Positions 1 through 9,748 of a stretch of 64,000 nt of DNA are shown here, piece after piece (the first letter of the stretch is position 1; the number at the start of each line of letters is the position of its first letter). This DNA is from Acidobacteriota bacterium (GTDB lineage Bacteria > Acidobacteriota > DASWHO01), in contig DASWHO010000423.1 of NCBI GenBank assembly GCA_036398155.1, forward strand, positions 3,003 to 67,002, in the 5' to 3' direction. Made by a program: the position numbers and the translations under genes. The notes under the pieces were generated by a model. The model searched no databases. It saw only the letters and a list, made by a program, of their open reading frames with translations, and had not been told where the DNA came from.

Positions 1-4
1 CTTC

Positions 5-2806
5 GTGACGCCGGCCGCCGCGCAGCTCCAGCCGGCCGTGGTCCGCGGACCCTATCTCCAATCTCCGACTCCGACGTCGGTGGTCGTGCGCTGGCGTACC
101 GCCGGTCCCACCGACAGCCGCGTCCGATACGGCACCGCGCCGGACAATCTGAACCTGGTCGCCCTGGCGCCGGGCCTCACAACCGAGCACCAGGTGCTGC
201 TCGAAGGTCTGGAGCCGGCGACGCGCTACTTCTACGCGGTCGGCTCCTCGTTGGGCGACTTCTCGTCCGGCCCGGATCACAACTTCGTCACCGCGCCGCT
301 GCCGGGCGCGCGCCAGCCGGTGCGGATCTGGGCTTTCGGCGACTCCGGCCAAGGGACGGAGGCGCAGGCGAATGTGCGCGATGCCTACCTCTCGTTCACC
401 GGCGCGCGCGGCACCGACGTCTGGATGCTGCTCGGCGACAACGCCTATCTGATCGGCAGCGACGCCGACTACCAGCTCAAGTTCTTCGACTACTACGCGC
501 CGGTCCTGCGCCAGGTGCCGGCCTGGTCAACGTTCGGCAACCACGAGAACTTCACCGCATCCTCGAACGACGAGAGCGGCCCTTACTACGAGCTGTTCAC
601 GTTTCCCGAGCTGGGCGAGGCCGGCGGCGTGCCCTCGGCGCGCGAAGCCTACTACTCCTTCAACTACGCCAACATCCACTTCATCTGCTTGAACTCTCAA
701 GACGTCGACCGCGCGCCGGGCAGCGCGATGCTCGCTTGGCTGGAGCAGGATCTGGCGGTGAATCAGCAGGAATGGACGATCGCTTTCTTCCACCACCCGG
801 TCTACAGCGGCGGCACCCACGACTCGGATACCGACACCGGGATGGGCGTGACGCCCCCCAGCCCGGCGGATGACTTCGCGATCCAGCAGATGCGCGAGAA
901 CGTCCTGCCGCTGCTCGAAGCCGGCGGCGTCGACCTGGTGCTGACCGGCCACAGCCACAACTACGAGCGCACCGTGCTGCTGGACGGTCACTACGGAACC
1001 TCCGACACCCTGACCGCGTCGATGAAGCTCGACCCCGGCGACGGCAGGATCGACGGCGCCGGCCCCTATCGCAAGACCGGCGACATCTTCGGCGATGCCC
1101 ACAGCGGGACGGTCTACGCCGTGGTCGGCACCGGCTCGGAAGCGTTCGAAGTCAATCGCGTCCATCCGGCGATGACGGCCACCGCCGGCGTCCCCGGCGC
1201 GCTAGTCATCGACATCGACGGGCCGCGGCTCGACGCCCAGTTCCTGGATCAGAACGGCGACCGGCTCGACTCCTTCACCATCCTGCGCGGCGCGGGCTTC
1301 AACTTCGCGCCGATCGCGCGCGACGATGCCGCCAGCACCGCCCCGCTCAGCCCGGTGGTGGTCGCGGTGCTGGCCAACGACTCCGACCCCGATGACGACC
1401 TGCTGTTGGTCGAGGCGGTCGGCGAGCCTGCGCGGGGGACCGCGGTCGACAACGGCGACGGCACCGTGACCTACACCCCGGAGCCGGGCTTCAGCGATGG
1501 GATCGACAGTTTCGGGTACACGGTCGGGGACGGCCACGGCCACTCGGCCAGCGCGACCGTGATCATCACCGTGGCCTGCCCGCCGCTGGCGGACGGCCTT
1601 TTCTTCGACGATCTGGAACCGGTCCCGGAGCCCGGCTGGACGGTCGAGACCGCGGTCAACAACAACCCCTTGAGCGCGACCTGGGCCGCGGTCGAGGATC
1701 CCGCGGCCCGCAGCCCGATCCATTCCTGGTTCAGCGAATCGAGCGACACCACGTTCGACAAGGACGACCGGCTCCAATCTCCGCCGCTCGATCTATCGAC
1801 CGCGAGCCGCCTCGTTTTCTGGCACCGCTACAACTTCGAGCCGGGCTTCGACGGCGGCGTGCTGGAGATCAGCACCGACGGAGGGGCGCACTGGACCGAC
1901 CTCGGTCCCTTTATTTCGGCCGGCGGTTACGGCCCGGCCACGATCCCAATCGAGGGCGAAAACCGCGGCGCCTGGACCGGAGTCGGGAGCGAAAGCATGA
2001 CCCAGGTGGTGGTCGAGCTCGGCAGCTTCGCCGGCGCCGATCGGATCGTCCGCTGGCGCCTGATCGCGGACTTCATCACCCTCGACGAAACCTTCGGATG
2101 GCTGGTCGACGATGTCGAGCTCAGCGCGCTGGTCAGCGGGCCGGGCGACTGCAATCAACCTCCGATCGCCGCCGACGATAGCGCGAGCACCACCACCGCG
2201 ACGGCGGTGGAGATCGACGTTTTGGCCAATGACTTCGACCCCGACGGCGACCCGATCGCGGTCAGCGCGGTCGGCGCTCCGGGCCATGGCAGCGCGGCGC
2301 CCGGTCCCGCGGGCCGGATCCTTTACCAGCCGGAGCCCGGCTTCACCGGCACCGACGCCTTCCTCTACGAAGTCACCGACGGCGAGCTGGTGGACAGCGC
2401 CACGGTCAGCGTCATGGTGACCGAGGCGCCGCTCGAGCCGTCGCGGGCGCGCGGCAACGGCGAGATCCACGACTCCGCCGGACCAGCCCGGTTTGCACTC
2501 CACGCGCGCCTCGAGGACGGCGCCGCATCGGGCTGGCTGCGCTACCGGACCTTGAGCTCCGAGGGGTCGATCGACCTCGAGGGATCGGTCGGAGCGGTCG
2601 GGTTCACGGCCCCCGAACGCGCCGAGCTCGAAGGCGTGTGCTGGTTCGATGACGGCCGGCCGTGCCGCTTCCGGGCCACGGTCGAGGACCGTGGGCACCC
2701 TGGAGCCGGCGCCGACCGCTTCGGGATCGCGGTCCGCGATCCGCAAGGCGAGCTGATCTACGCCGCGGAAAGCGAGGTCGATAAAGGACAGGTGAAAATC
2801 GACTGA
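5..2806 (+). CDS. Purple acid phosphatase-like metallophosphoesterase with C-terminal cadherin-like/Ig-like repeats and a jelly-roll-like domain; probably 5'-truncated by the window edge (GTG at nt 5, no signal peptide)
   Basis: Metallophosphatase motifs GDSG..GDNAY..GNHE..GHSH after a PAP N-terminal FN3-like segment. Two repeats of 'VVAVLANDSDPDDD / VEIDVLANDFDPDGD' type (cadherin-like). High third-position GC. Confidence 0.7.
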   Translation: MTPAAAQLQPAVVRGPYLQSPTPTSVVVRWRTAGPTDSRVRYGTAPDNLNLVALAPGLTTEHQVLLEGLEPATRYFYAVGSSLGDFSSGPDHNFVTAPLPGARQPVRIWAFGDSGQGTEAQANVRDAYLSFTGARGTDVWMLLGDNAYLIGSDADYQLKFFDYYAPVLRQVPAWSTFGNHENFTASSNDESGPYYELFTFPELGEAGGVPSAREAYYSFNYANIHFICLNSQDVDRAPGSAMLAWLEQDLAVNQQEWTIAFFHHPVYSGGTHDSDTDTGMGVTPPSPADDFAIQQMRENVLPLLEAGGVDLVLTGHSHNYERTVLLDGHYGTSDTLTASMKLDPGDGRIDGAGPYRKTGDIFGDAHSGTVYAVVGTGSEAFEVNRVHPAMTATAGVPGALVIDIDGPRLDAQFLDQNGDRLDSFTILRGAGFNFAPIARDDAASTAPLSPVVVAVLANDSDPDDDLLLVEAVGEPARGTAVDNGDGTVTYTPEPGFSDGIDSFGYTVGDGHGHSASATVIITVACPPLADGLFFDDLEPVPEPGWTVETAVNNNPLSATWAAVEDPAARSPIHSWFSESSDTTFDKDDRLQSPPLDLSTASRLVFWHRYNFEPGFDGGVLEISTDGGAHWTDLGPFISAGGYGPATIPIEGENRGAWTGVGSESMTQVVVELGSFAGADRIVRWRLIADFITLDETFGWLVDDVELSALVSGPGDCNQPPIAADDSASTTTATAVEIDVLANDFDPDGDPIAVSAVGAPGHGSAAPGPAGRILYQPEPGFTGTDAFLYEVTDGELVDSATVSVMVTEAPLEPSRARGNGEIHDSAGPARFALHARLEDGAASGWLRYRTLSSEGSIDLEGSVGAVGFTAPERAELEGVCWFDDGRPCRFRATVEDRGHPGAGADRFGIAVRDPQGELIYAAESEVDKGQVKID

Positions 2807-2876
2807 CTGGAAATGGACGCGGGCAAACCCCTGCAGAATCACTCGGTCGGCTTTAGAATGAGGCCCAGGGCATTGC

Positions 2877-5846
2877 ATGAAGACCGAAGCCGAGCCCGAG
2901 CGCGAGCTTTCGTTGGGCAGCCGCTTCCGGGGCTTTCAGGACCTGATGCGCTATCGGGTCCAGGACATCCTGCTGGTTTCCAACCTCTACGATTCGTTCA
3001 TCCTGTCGGAGGACGGCCATTTGAGCGAGCTGATCCTCGACGAGGTGTTGAACCTCAATCTGCGGCACACGCCCGGTCTCACCCACGTGACCAGCGGCGC
3101 CGAGGCCCTCAAGCTGGCCCGCGAGCAGAAGCGCCACAACCTGATCATCAGCTCGATCCACATCGGCGATATGGATCCGCTGGAGCTGGCCCGCGCCGTC
3201 AAGCAGGAAAGCCTCGGCATTCCGGTGGTGCTGCTGGCCTACGACAATCGCGAGCTGACCGACTTCGTCGGCCGCAATCCGGTCTCGGACTTCGATCGGA
3301 TCTTCCTGTGGCAGGGCGACGCGCGGATCCTGCTGGCGATCACGAAATACGTCGAGGATCGGCTCAATGTCGCGCACGATACCGGCATCGTCGGGGTCCA
3401 GGCGATCCTGGTGATCGAGGACAACATCCGCTTCTACTCCTCGTTTCTGCCGATGATCTATTCCGAAGTGATGAACCACGCCCATCAGTTGATGCCGGAG
3501 GGGATCAATCTGTCGCACAAGCTGATGCGGCTGCGGGCCCGGCCCAAGATCCTGCTCTGCGGCAGCTTCGAAGAGGCTTGGGACTACTTCGACCGCTATC
3601 AGGCGAACATCCTCGGGGTTATCTCCGACATCGAGTTTCCCAAGCGCGGTGAAGTGGATCGCCAGGCCGGGCTCGAGTTCGCGCAGAAGGTGCGCGAGCG
3701 CCAGCCCGATGTCCCGATCCTGCTGCAGTCGAGCCGGCCCGAGAACCAGCGGCTCGCCCACGCCGCCGGGGCCACCTTCCTGCTCAAGGGCTCCCCGGTG
3801 CTGCTGCAGCAGCTGCGCCAGTTCATGCTCGACAACTTCGGCTTCGGCGACTTCGTGTTCCGCCGCGCCGACGGCAGCGAGGTCGACCGCGCCCACGACT
3901 TGAAGAGCCTGGAAGAGAAGCTCTACAGCGTGCCGCCCGAGTGCCTGGCCTATCACGGCGAGCGCAACCACTTCTCCAACTGGCTCAAGGCCCGCACCGA
4001 GTTCGCCCTGGCCCACAAGCTGCGGCCGCGCAAGGTGGCCGACTTCGGCACGCTCGAGCATCTGCGCCGCGACCTGATCCGCTCGATCCACCAGTACCGC
4101 CGCGAGCGCCAGCGCGGCAGCGTCGCCGATTTCAACAGCCGCAGCTTCGACGCCTCCAACCTCACCTTGGCGCGCCTCGGCGGCGGCTCGATCGGCGGCA
4201 AGGCGCGCGGTCTGGCGTTCGCCAACATGCTGCTCGGCACCTACCACGTGGGCGAGCGCTTCCCGGAGGTCGAAATCTCGGTGCCGCCGTCGGTGGTGGT
4301 GGGCACCGACGTCTTCGACCGCTTCCTGGAGCAGAACGAGCTCAGCGATTTCGCCATCAACGAGACCGACGATCGCGAGATCCTGGCCCGCTTTCTCACC
4401 GCGCCGTTTCCCGAGGACGCGGCCTGGGACCTGGCCGCGTTCGTGGAACAGGTCAAGCATCCGCTGGCGGTGCGCTCTTCCAGCCTGCTGGAGGACTCGC
4501 AGTATCAGCCGCTCGCCGGGGTCTACGAGACCTACATGCTGCCCAACAACCATCCCGATCCGCGGATGCGCCGCCAGCAGCTGATCAACGCCATCAAGCG
4601 GATCTACGCCTCGACCTTCTCGAGCTCGGCCAAAGCGTTCCTGCGCTCGACCCCGTATCGGCTCGAAGAAGAAAAGATGGCGGTGATCCTGCAAAAGATG
4701 GTCGGCGCGGTCCACCAGGACCGCTTCTACCCCGAATTCGCGGGCGTGGCGCGGTCGTTCAATTTCTACCCCACGCCGCCGATGAACGGCAGCGACGGGA
4801 TTGTCGCGGTCGCGCTCGGGCTCGGCGAGACCGTCGCCAAGGGCGGCGTGTGCGTGCGCTTCTGCCCCAAGTATCCGCGCCACCTGGTGCAGTTCTCCTC
4901 GGTTCAAGACGTGCTGCAGAACTCGCAGCGCGAGTTCTACGCCCTGGTGCTGAGCGAGGCCGACGGCGCCGACCCGTCCGAGCGCTTGCAGCTCAGCCGC
5001 TTCGATCTGAGCACCGCCGAGGCGGACGGTACGATCGGGCCGGTCGGCTCGACCTACTCGCCCGAAAACGACGCGGTCTACGACGGGCTGGCGCGCGCCG
5101 GCGTGCCGGTGGTCAGCTTCGCCCCGGTGCTCAAGCAGCGCCTGTTTCCGCTGGCCGAAATCCTCGATCTGCTGCTCGAGATCGGTGAACAGGGAACCAG
5201 CGCGGCGGTGGAGATCGAGTTCGCGGTCAATCTCTCCACCCCTTCCGGATTCCCGCAGGAGTTCGGGTTCCTCCAGATGCGCCCGCTGTCGCGCGCGCCG
5301 GAGGTCTCCGACCTCGATTGGGGCCAGCTTGATCGGTCCCAACTGATCTGCAGCAGCTCGAGCGTGCTCGGCAACGGAGCGCTGGAGGAGCTGCGGGACC
5401 TGTTGGTGGTGGACTTCCACCGCTTCGAGCGCTCCCGCAGCCTGCAGGTCGCCGGAGAGGTGGCGCGCTTCAACGCCGAGCTCAGCGCGGCCGGCACGCC
5501 CTACATCCTGATCGGGGTCGGCCGCTGGGGCTCGATCGATCCGCTGCTCGGCATTCCGGTCACCTGGGATCAGATCTCCGGGGCGCGGGTGATCGTCGAG
5601 TCCGGCTTCCGAGACTTTGTAGTCACGCCGTCGCAAGGCACTCACTTCTTCCAGAACCTGACCTCTTGCAACGTGGGGTACTTCACGGTCAATCCCGAGA
5701 GCGGCCAAGGCTTCGTCGACTGGGACTGGCTGGCGGCCCAACCGGCGCGCCAGGAGCGCGAGTTTGTTCGCTTGCTGCATTTCGACGCGCCGCTGGCGGT
5801 CCGAATGAACGGCAAGGCCAACCAAGGCGTGATTCTCAAGCCTTGA
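2877..5846 (+). CDS. Multi-domain signalling protein: degenerate receiver-like domain + canonical response-regulator receiver domain + PEP/pyruvate-binding (PPDK_N / PEP-synthase-like) nucleotide-binding domain
   Basis: Receiver motifs (ILVIEDN, ISDIEFP, LLQSS, FLLKGS) followed by an ARLGGGSIGGKARGLAF PEP-utilising-enzyme N-domain signature. The ATG sits 70 nt after the upstream stop. Confidence 0.65.
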   Translation: MKTEAEPERELSLGSRFRGFQDLMRYRVQDILLVSNLYDSFILSEDGHLSELILDEVLNLNLRHTPGLTHVTSGAEALKLAREQKRHNLIISSIHIGDMDPLELARAVKQESLGIPVVLLAYDNRELTDFVGRNPVSDFDRIFLWQGDARILLAITKYVEDRLNVAHDTGIVGVQAILVIEDNIRFYSSFLPMIYSEVMNHAHQLMPEGINLSHKLMRLRARPKILLCGSFEEAWDYFDRYQANILGVISDIEFPKRGEVDRQAGLEFAQKVRERQPDVPILLQSSRPENQRLAHAAGATFLLKGSPVLLQQLRQFMLDNFGFGDFVFRRADGSEVDRAHDLKSLEEKLYSVPPECLAYHGERNHFSNWLKARTEFALAHKLRPRKVADFGTLEHLRRDLIRSIHQYRRERQRGSVADFNSRSFDASNLTLARLGGGSIGGKARGLAFANMLLGTYHVGERFPEVEISVPPSVVVGTDVFDRFLEQNELSDFAINETDDREILARFLTAPFPEDAAWDLAAFVEQVKHPLAVRSSSLLEDSQYQPLAGVYETYMLPNNHPDPRMRRQQLINAIKRIYASTFSSSAKAFLRSTPYRLEEEKMAVILQKMVGAVHQDRFYPEFAGVARSFNFYPTPPMNGSDGIVAVALGLGETVAKGGVCVRFCPKYPRHLVQFSSVQDVLQNSQREFYALVLSEADGADPSERLQLSRFDLSTAEADGTIGPVGSTYSPENDAVYDGLARAGVPVVSFAPVLKQRLFPLAEILDLLLEIGEQGTSAAVEIEFAVNLSTPSGFPQEFGFLQMRPLSRAPEVSDLDWGQLDRSQLICSSSSVLGNGALEELRDLLVVDFHRFERSRSLQVAGEVARFNAELSAAGTPYILIGVGRWGSIDPLLGIPVTWDQISGARVIVESGFRDFVVTPSQGTHFFQNLTSCNVGYFTVNPESGQGFVDWDWLAAQPARQEREFVRLLHFDAPLAVRMNGKANQGVILKP

Positions 5847-6013
5847 CACCGTTATGCACGGACAAGCGAGAGTTTCACTCCCGCTGCGGTCGGTTGAGCA
5901 CACGGCGACCCGTAAGCATCGGGCGCGAGGCGCCCGCGGGAGCGCGAGGGCGGAGCCCTCGCTCCAGAAAGAGAGTGACGGGCGGCTCGCTGTCAGTGTA
6001 GGCTAGGGGCCTT

Positions 6014-7489
6014 GTGACCGAGCCCGCGCCCAAGCCCGCCGCCGATTGGTCGAGAGAGAACGATCCACCGAGCCGCCGGATCCGCCTGCTGGCGCTGGCC
6101 GCCGCACTCGGGATCGGCCTGCTCGCCTACCTGATGCGCGATCTGCTCGGCGCCCGCGGCATCGGGCCGCTCGGGGTCCTGGTGCTTTTGGGGATTTCGG
6201 TCGCGCTCTCGGGCGCGCCGCGCCGCATCGACCTGCGCACCGTCGGCTGGGGCATCGCCCTGCAGCTCATCCTCGCGCTGCTGATCCTGCGCTTCGAGAT
6301 CGGCGGGGTGCGCCCCGGCTACGCCCTGTTCAGCGCGATCGGCGCGATGGTGCGCCAGTTCCTGGCGTTCACCGACGAGGGCTCCAAGTTCGTGTTCGGG
6401 GTGCTGGCCGACCCGGTCGCGATGGATCAGGAGTTCGGCGCCGGCGCCGGGTTCGTGTTCGCCTTCCGCGCCCTGCCGACGATCATCTTCGTCAGCTCGT
6501 TCTTCACCATCCTCTACTACTTCGGCGTGCTGCAGTGGATCGTCAAGCTGATGGCGCGCGCCATGATGGTGGTGATGCGGACCAGCGGCGCCGAGTCGCT
6601 GTCGGCCGCCGCCAACGTGTTCATGGGCCAGACCGAGGCGCCGCTGATCGTCAAGCCCTACGTCGAGCCGATGACCCGCTCGGAGCTGCTGTCGCTGATG
6701 GTCGGCGGGATGGCGACCATCTCGGGCGGGGTGATGGCGGTGTACATCTCGCTGGGGGCCGATCCGGTGGCGCTCTTGACCGCCAGCGTGATGGCGGCGC
6801 CGTGCGCGCTGTATCTGACCAAGATCGTGATGCCCGAGCTCGATCAACCGGTGACCCGCGGCGTGATCCGAATGGAGGTGCCGCGCACCGACGTCAACGT
6901 GATCGACGCCGCCTCGCGCGGCGCCTCCGAAGGCACGTTCCTGGCGATCAACGTCGGAGCGATGCTGATCGCCTTTCTGGCCTTGATCGCCATGGTCAAT
7001 TTCATGCTCGGCTACATCCATATCGGCAGCGCCGCGCCCGACGCGGCCCCGGGCTGGGTCAGCTGGGGCTCGTTCCACGCCGGAGCATTTCACGATCAGC
7101 CGGGCCATGAAGCGTGCGCGGTGCTGTCGCTCAGCCGGCTGTTCTCGGTGGTGTTCGCGCCGCTCGCCTTTCTGATGGGGGTGCCGAGCGCCGACATCGG
7201 CCGGGTCGCGGACCTGCTCGGCACCAAGCTGGTGGCCAACGAGTTCGTCGCCTACGTCAAGCTCACCGGTCCCTATGCGCCGCTCTTGTCCGAGCGCGCC
7301 ACCGAGATCGCCACCATCGCGCTGTGCGGTTTCGCCAACTTCGCTTCGATCGGGATCCAGCTCGGCGGCATCGGCTCGATCGCGCCGAGCCGCCGCGGCG
7401 ACCTGTCGCGCCTCGGCGTCCGCGCGCTCTACTGCGGCTTCGTCGCCACCATGATCAACGCTGCGATCGCCGCCACCCTCTTGCCTTAG
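6014..7489 (+). CDS. nupC: Concentrative nucleoside transporter, NupC/CNT family
   Basis: Multi-TM protein with the CNT hallmark 'ANVFMGQTEAPL' and conserved C-terminal half (GFANFASIGIQLGG). Confidence 0.8.
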   Translation: MTEPAPKPAADWSRENDPPSRRIRLLALAAALGIGLLAYLMRDLLGARGIGPLGVLVLLGISVALSGAPRRIDLRTVGWGIALQLILALLILRFEIGGVRPGYALFSAIGAMVRQFLAFTDEGSKFVFGVLADPVAMDQEFGAGAGFVFAFRALPTIIFVSSFFTILYYFGVLQWIVKLMARAMMVVMRTSGAESLSAAANVFMGQTEAPLIVKPYVEPMTRSELLSLMVGGMATISGGVMAVYISLGADPVALLTASVMAAPCALYLTKIVMPELDQPVTRGVIRMEVPRTDVNVIDAASRGASEGTFLAINVGAMLIAFLALIAMVNFMLGYIHIGSAAPDAAPGWVSWGSFHAGAFHDQPGHEACAVLSLSRLFSVVFAPLAFLMGVPSADIGRVADLLGTKLVANEFVAYVKLTGPYAPLLSERATEIATIALCGFANFASIGIQLGGIGSIAPSRRGDLSRLGVRALYCGFVATMINAAIAATLLP

Positions 7490-7572
7490 GCGGCGGATAG
7501 GGCGCCGTCTGCGTCGTTGGGCTCACTCGGCCTTCTCCAGCGTACCTTTCTCAGTGCGACTCCACCGTTCCC
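7490..7572 (+). repeat. Stop-codon-adjacent double-hairpin repeat (head GCGGCGGATAGGGCGCCG + CTCCAGCGTACCTTTCTCAGTGCG), copy 1, sense to nupC
   Basis: Begins at the first nt after the nupC TAG. Near-identical sequence recurs after the STK, rplQ, lon, rpoC and ferredoxin-like genes (see findings). Confidence 0.7.
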
Positions 7573-7694
7573 GGCGCGGCTGAACCGAGGCGCGCGTCGG
7601 GCTCCTTACCCCATACAACGCGCGCCGTCCCCGAATGCGAGTCAGCCGCATCGCCGGCCCGAGCCGCTGCGGTGGCGGGCAAGGTGGATCGGCG

Positions 7695-8822
7695 CTACCC
7701 CTGCGGGTCTTGGGCCGCGGCGCGGTCTTCTTCGATCCGGCGCCGGCGCTCGGCGATGCGCTCGAGGTCGTCGCTGACCGAGGCGCCCTTCTGCTGGGCG
7801 GTGCGAAACGCCTTGAGCGCTTCCTCGAGCGCCTGGTCGCGCTCGCGGTCATTTCTGGCGCGCACCGCCAGCGCCTCGTAGCCCTTGCCCAGCAGATCGT
7901 AAACCGCGGCGTTCTGGATCCCGGCGGCCTGAGCGCTCTTGGCCGCGTCGATCGCCTCGCGCCACTTGCCGACTAGCCCCAAGCACTGGGCCAGGTTGAG
8001 GGCGGCGGCGCCGTTTTTCGGATCCAGCTCGACCAAGGCCTGGAAGCGCTGGGCGGCGTCGCCGTAGCGTTTCTGCCCCATCAGCGCCTGTCCCGCCAGC
8101 TCGAGCGCTTTGGGATCGCGCGGGTTCTCGGTTTCGTACTTGAGCGCGACATTCATGGCCGCGCCGAAGTCCTTGCGCTGCAGATGCGCGCGCGCCAAGT
8201 GGTAGGCGAGCTCGGGGTGATCGGGCTTGAGCCGGTAGGCGGCGGCGTAGTTGTCGGCCGCGAGCTCGGACCGGCCGGCGCCGGCGGCCGCGACCCCGAG
8301 GTTGTAGCGCAGCTTGAAATCCGCGGGCTGCAGAGCGATCGCGGCCTGCAGATGGGGAACCGCCTCGGCGTACTTTTTCTGGGTCAGGAGCAGCTCGCCG
8401 GCGAGGCTCTCGGCCAGGAGGCGCTGCGGCGCGGGCGGGCCCGCCGCCAGCACCTGCTCCAAAAGCCCCACCGCCAGCACCGGGTTGCCTTGGGCCTTGG
8501 CCAGCTGCGCCAGCTCGAGGCGCACGTCGGCCTTTTCGGAATCGGTCTTGGCCAGCTCCAAAGCCTTGTCGAGGTGCGCGCGCGCCTCGCTGGTCTTGCC
8601 CATCTGGCGGTAGCAGCTGCCGAGCCCGAGGTACGGGAAGTACCAGGTCGGGTTCTGCTCGCGGACCAGCGCGAACTCGTTGAGCGCGGCGTTGAGGTTG
8701 CCCTGCTGCAGCAGGCTGAAGGCTTTGCGGAAATCGGCGCGTGCCGCTGCCGCGAGCGCCAGGCCGATTCCGATCGCGAGCAGCGCGGCGGCCCAGCGCG
8801 GACAGGCGCGAGCGGGCTTCAT
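7695..8822 (-). CDS. TPR-repeat protein with N-terminal signal peptide (periplasmic/lipoprotein-like)
   Basis: Start 'MKPARACPRWAAALLAIGIGLALAAAARA' overlaps the exbD stop (ATGA). Multiple TPR-like helical repeats. The 574-aa track ORF is a frame run-on over exbD. Confidence 0.6.
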   Translation of the reverse strand: MKPARACPRWAAALLAIGIGLALAAAARADFRKAFSLLQQGNLNAALNEFALVREQNPTWYFPYLGLGSCYRQMGKTSEARAHLDKALELAKTDSEKADVRLELAQLAKAQGNPVLAVGLLEQVLAAGPPAPQRLLAESLAGELLLTQKKYAEAVPHLQAAIALQPADFKLRYNLGVAAAGAGRSELAADNYAAAYRLKPDHPELAYHLARAHLQRKDFGAAMNVALKYETENPRDPKALELAGQALMGQKRYGDAAQRFQALVELDPKNGAAALNLAQCLGLVGKWREAIDAAKSAQAAGIQNAAVYDLLGKGYEALAVRARNDRERDQALEEALKAFRTAQQKGASVSDDLERIAERRRRIEEDRAAAQDPQG

Positions 8823-9295
8823 CCCAAGCTGCGACCCAGCAGGCGCTCCCATTCGGCCACTTCGGCCTGGGTCGGGATCGAGACGCCCATGTGGTAGTTG
8901 GGCCCGAGCTTGGGGTTGGCTTGCAGCCGCCGCTCGATCTGGCGCAGCTCGTCGAGCACGTCCATGACGCTGCGGTAGGGGGTCGCGGCGTTGCCGTGGA
9001 CGATCACCGGCTTGCTCGGGTTCTGCGCCATCTTCGCGGTGATATAGCTGCTCAGCCCGCCCAGGTCGCGTCCCCGGCCGTCGACCAGGAGGCCGCCGGG
9101 CTCGACCTTGATGTAGATCGCCTCTTCGAACTTGACCGGCTTCTGCTCGTCCTCCGGCTCGGGCAGCCCGAACTCCAGGCCGCGGGTGGCGGCGAACACC
9201 GTGGTCAACATGAAGTACACGATCAACAGGAACGCGATGTCGGCCATCGACGCGGTCGGAATGTTCGGATCGCGGGCGCGGCGGGCGTATTTCAT
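8819..9295 (-). CDS. exbD: ExbD/TolR-family biopolymer transport protein (copy 2)
   Basis: N-terminal 'MADIAFLLIVYFML' TM helix plus periplasmic ExbD domain. 4-nt overlaps with both neighbours. Confidence 0.8.
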   Translation of the reverse strand: MKYARRARDPNIPTASMADIAFLLIVYFMLTTVFAATRGLEFGLPEPEDEQKPVKFEEAIYIKVEPGGLLVDGRGRDLGGLSSYITAKMAQNPSKPVIVHGNAATPYRSVMDVLDELRQIERRLQANPKLGPNYHMGVSIPTQAEVAEWERLLGRSLG

Positions 9296-9741
9296 GAGCC
9301 GCCCGCTCCCGCGCCGCCGCCCATGGTCTCCTGCTCGGTGAGCAGGTAGAGCCGCTGGACCCGGCCCTGGCGCAGCTGTTCGAGCATGCTGTCGATCGCC
9401 GCGAACGGAGCGGCGGCATCGGCCTTGAGGATGAACGGGTAGTCCGGGTTGGTCTCGGTCAGGGTGCGAGCGAAACCGGCCAGCGCGGCGACGCCGCCCG
9501 CCAGCGGATGGCTATCCTCGACCCCGGTGGTCACCTTGAGCGTGCCGTCCGGCGCCAGCGCGACGATCGCGGCGACCCGCGGCACCTCGGTGCGCTCCAA
9601 GGTCGGCGGCAGGCTGACGTTGGTTTTGTCCAATGTCGTGGTGGTGGTGATCATGAAGAAAACGATCAGCAGGAAGGCGATGTCGGCCATCGAGGCGGTC
9701 GGAACGTAGGCCTCGATCTGGGTGTAACGGCGCCGTTGCAT
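9292..9741 (-). CDS. exbD: ExbD/TolR-family biopolymer transport protein (copy 1)
   Basis: 'ASMADIAFLLIVFFMITTT' TM helix plus ExbD periplasmic domain. Confidence 0.8.
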   Translation of the reverse strand: MQRRRYTQIEAYVPTASMADIAFLLIVFFMITTTTTLDKTNVSLPPTLERTEVPRVAAIVALAPDGTLKVTTGVEDSHPLAGGVAALAGFARTLTETNPDYPFILKADAAAPFAAIDSMLEQLRQGRVQRLYLLTEQETMGGGAGAGGS

Positions 9742-9748
9742 GGTGGGC

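Noticed and set aside
2853-5903. 1016-aa ORF antisense to the receiver::PEP-utilising gene. Similar long antisense ORFs cover rpoC (42113-46198), rpoB (46507-50325), tig/clpP (13509-15419), the CRTAC1-like gene (10530-12269) and the ABC ATPase (12314-13309).
   Set aside because: Typical stop-codon-poor antisense frames of a ~68% GC genome. The sense strands encode unmistakable conserved proteins, and the antisense translations are Arg/Ala/Gly-rich low-complexity sequence with no motifs.
5847-6013. Possible riboswitch upstream of nupC.
   Set aside because: The 167-nt GC-rich leader has stem potential but no recognisable conserved riboswitch core (purine, 2'-dG, preQ1 or similar) could be identified by eye. 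It is left unannotated.
7490-7572. Idea that the post-stop repeat encodes a programmed readthrough C-terminal extension.
   Set aside because: In-frame continuation after the stops hits further stops quickly (for example TAG CCC GGC GGC GGA TAG after rplQ). The conserved reading frame differs between copies. DNA/RNA-level hairpin conservation explains the pattern better.
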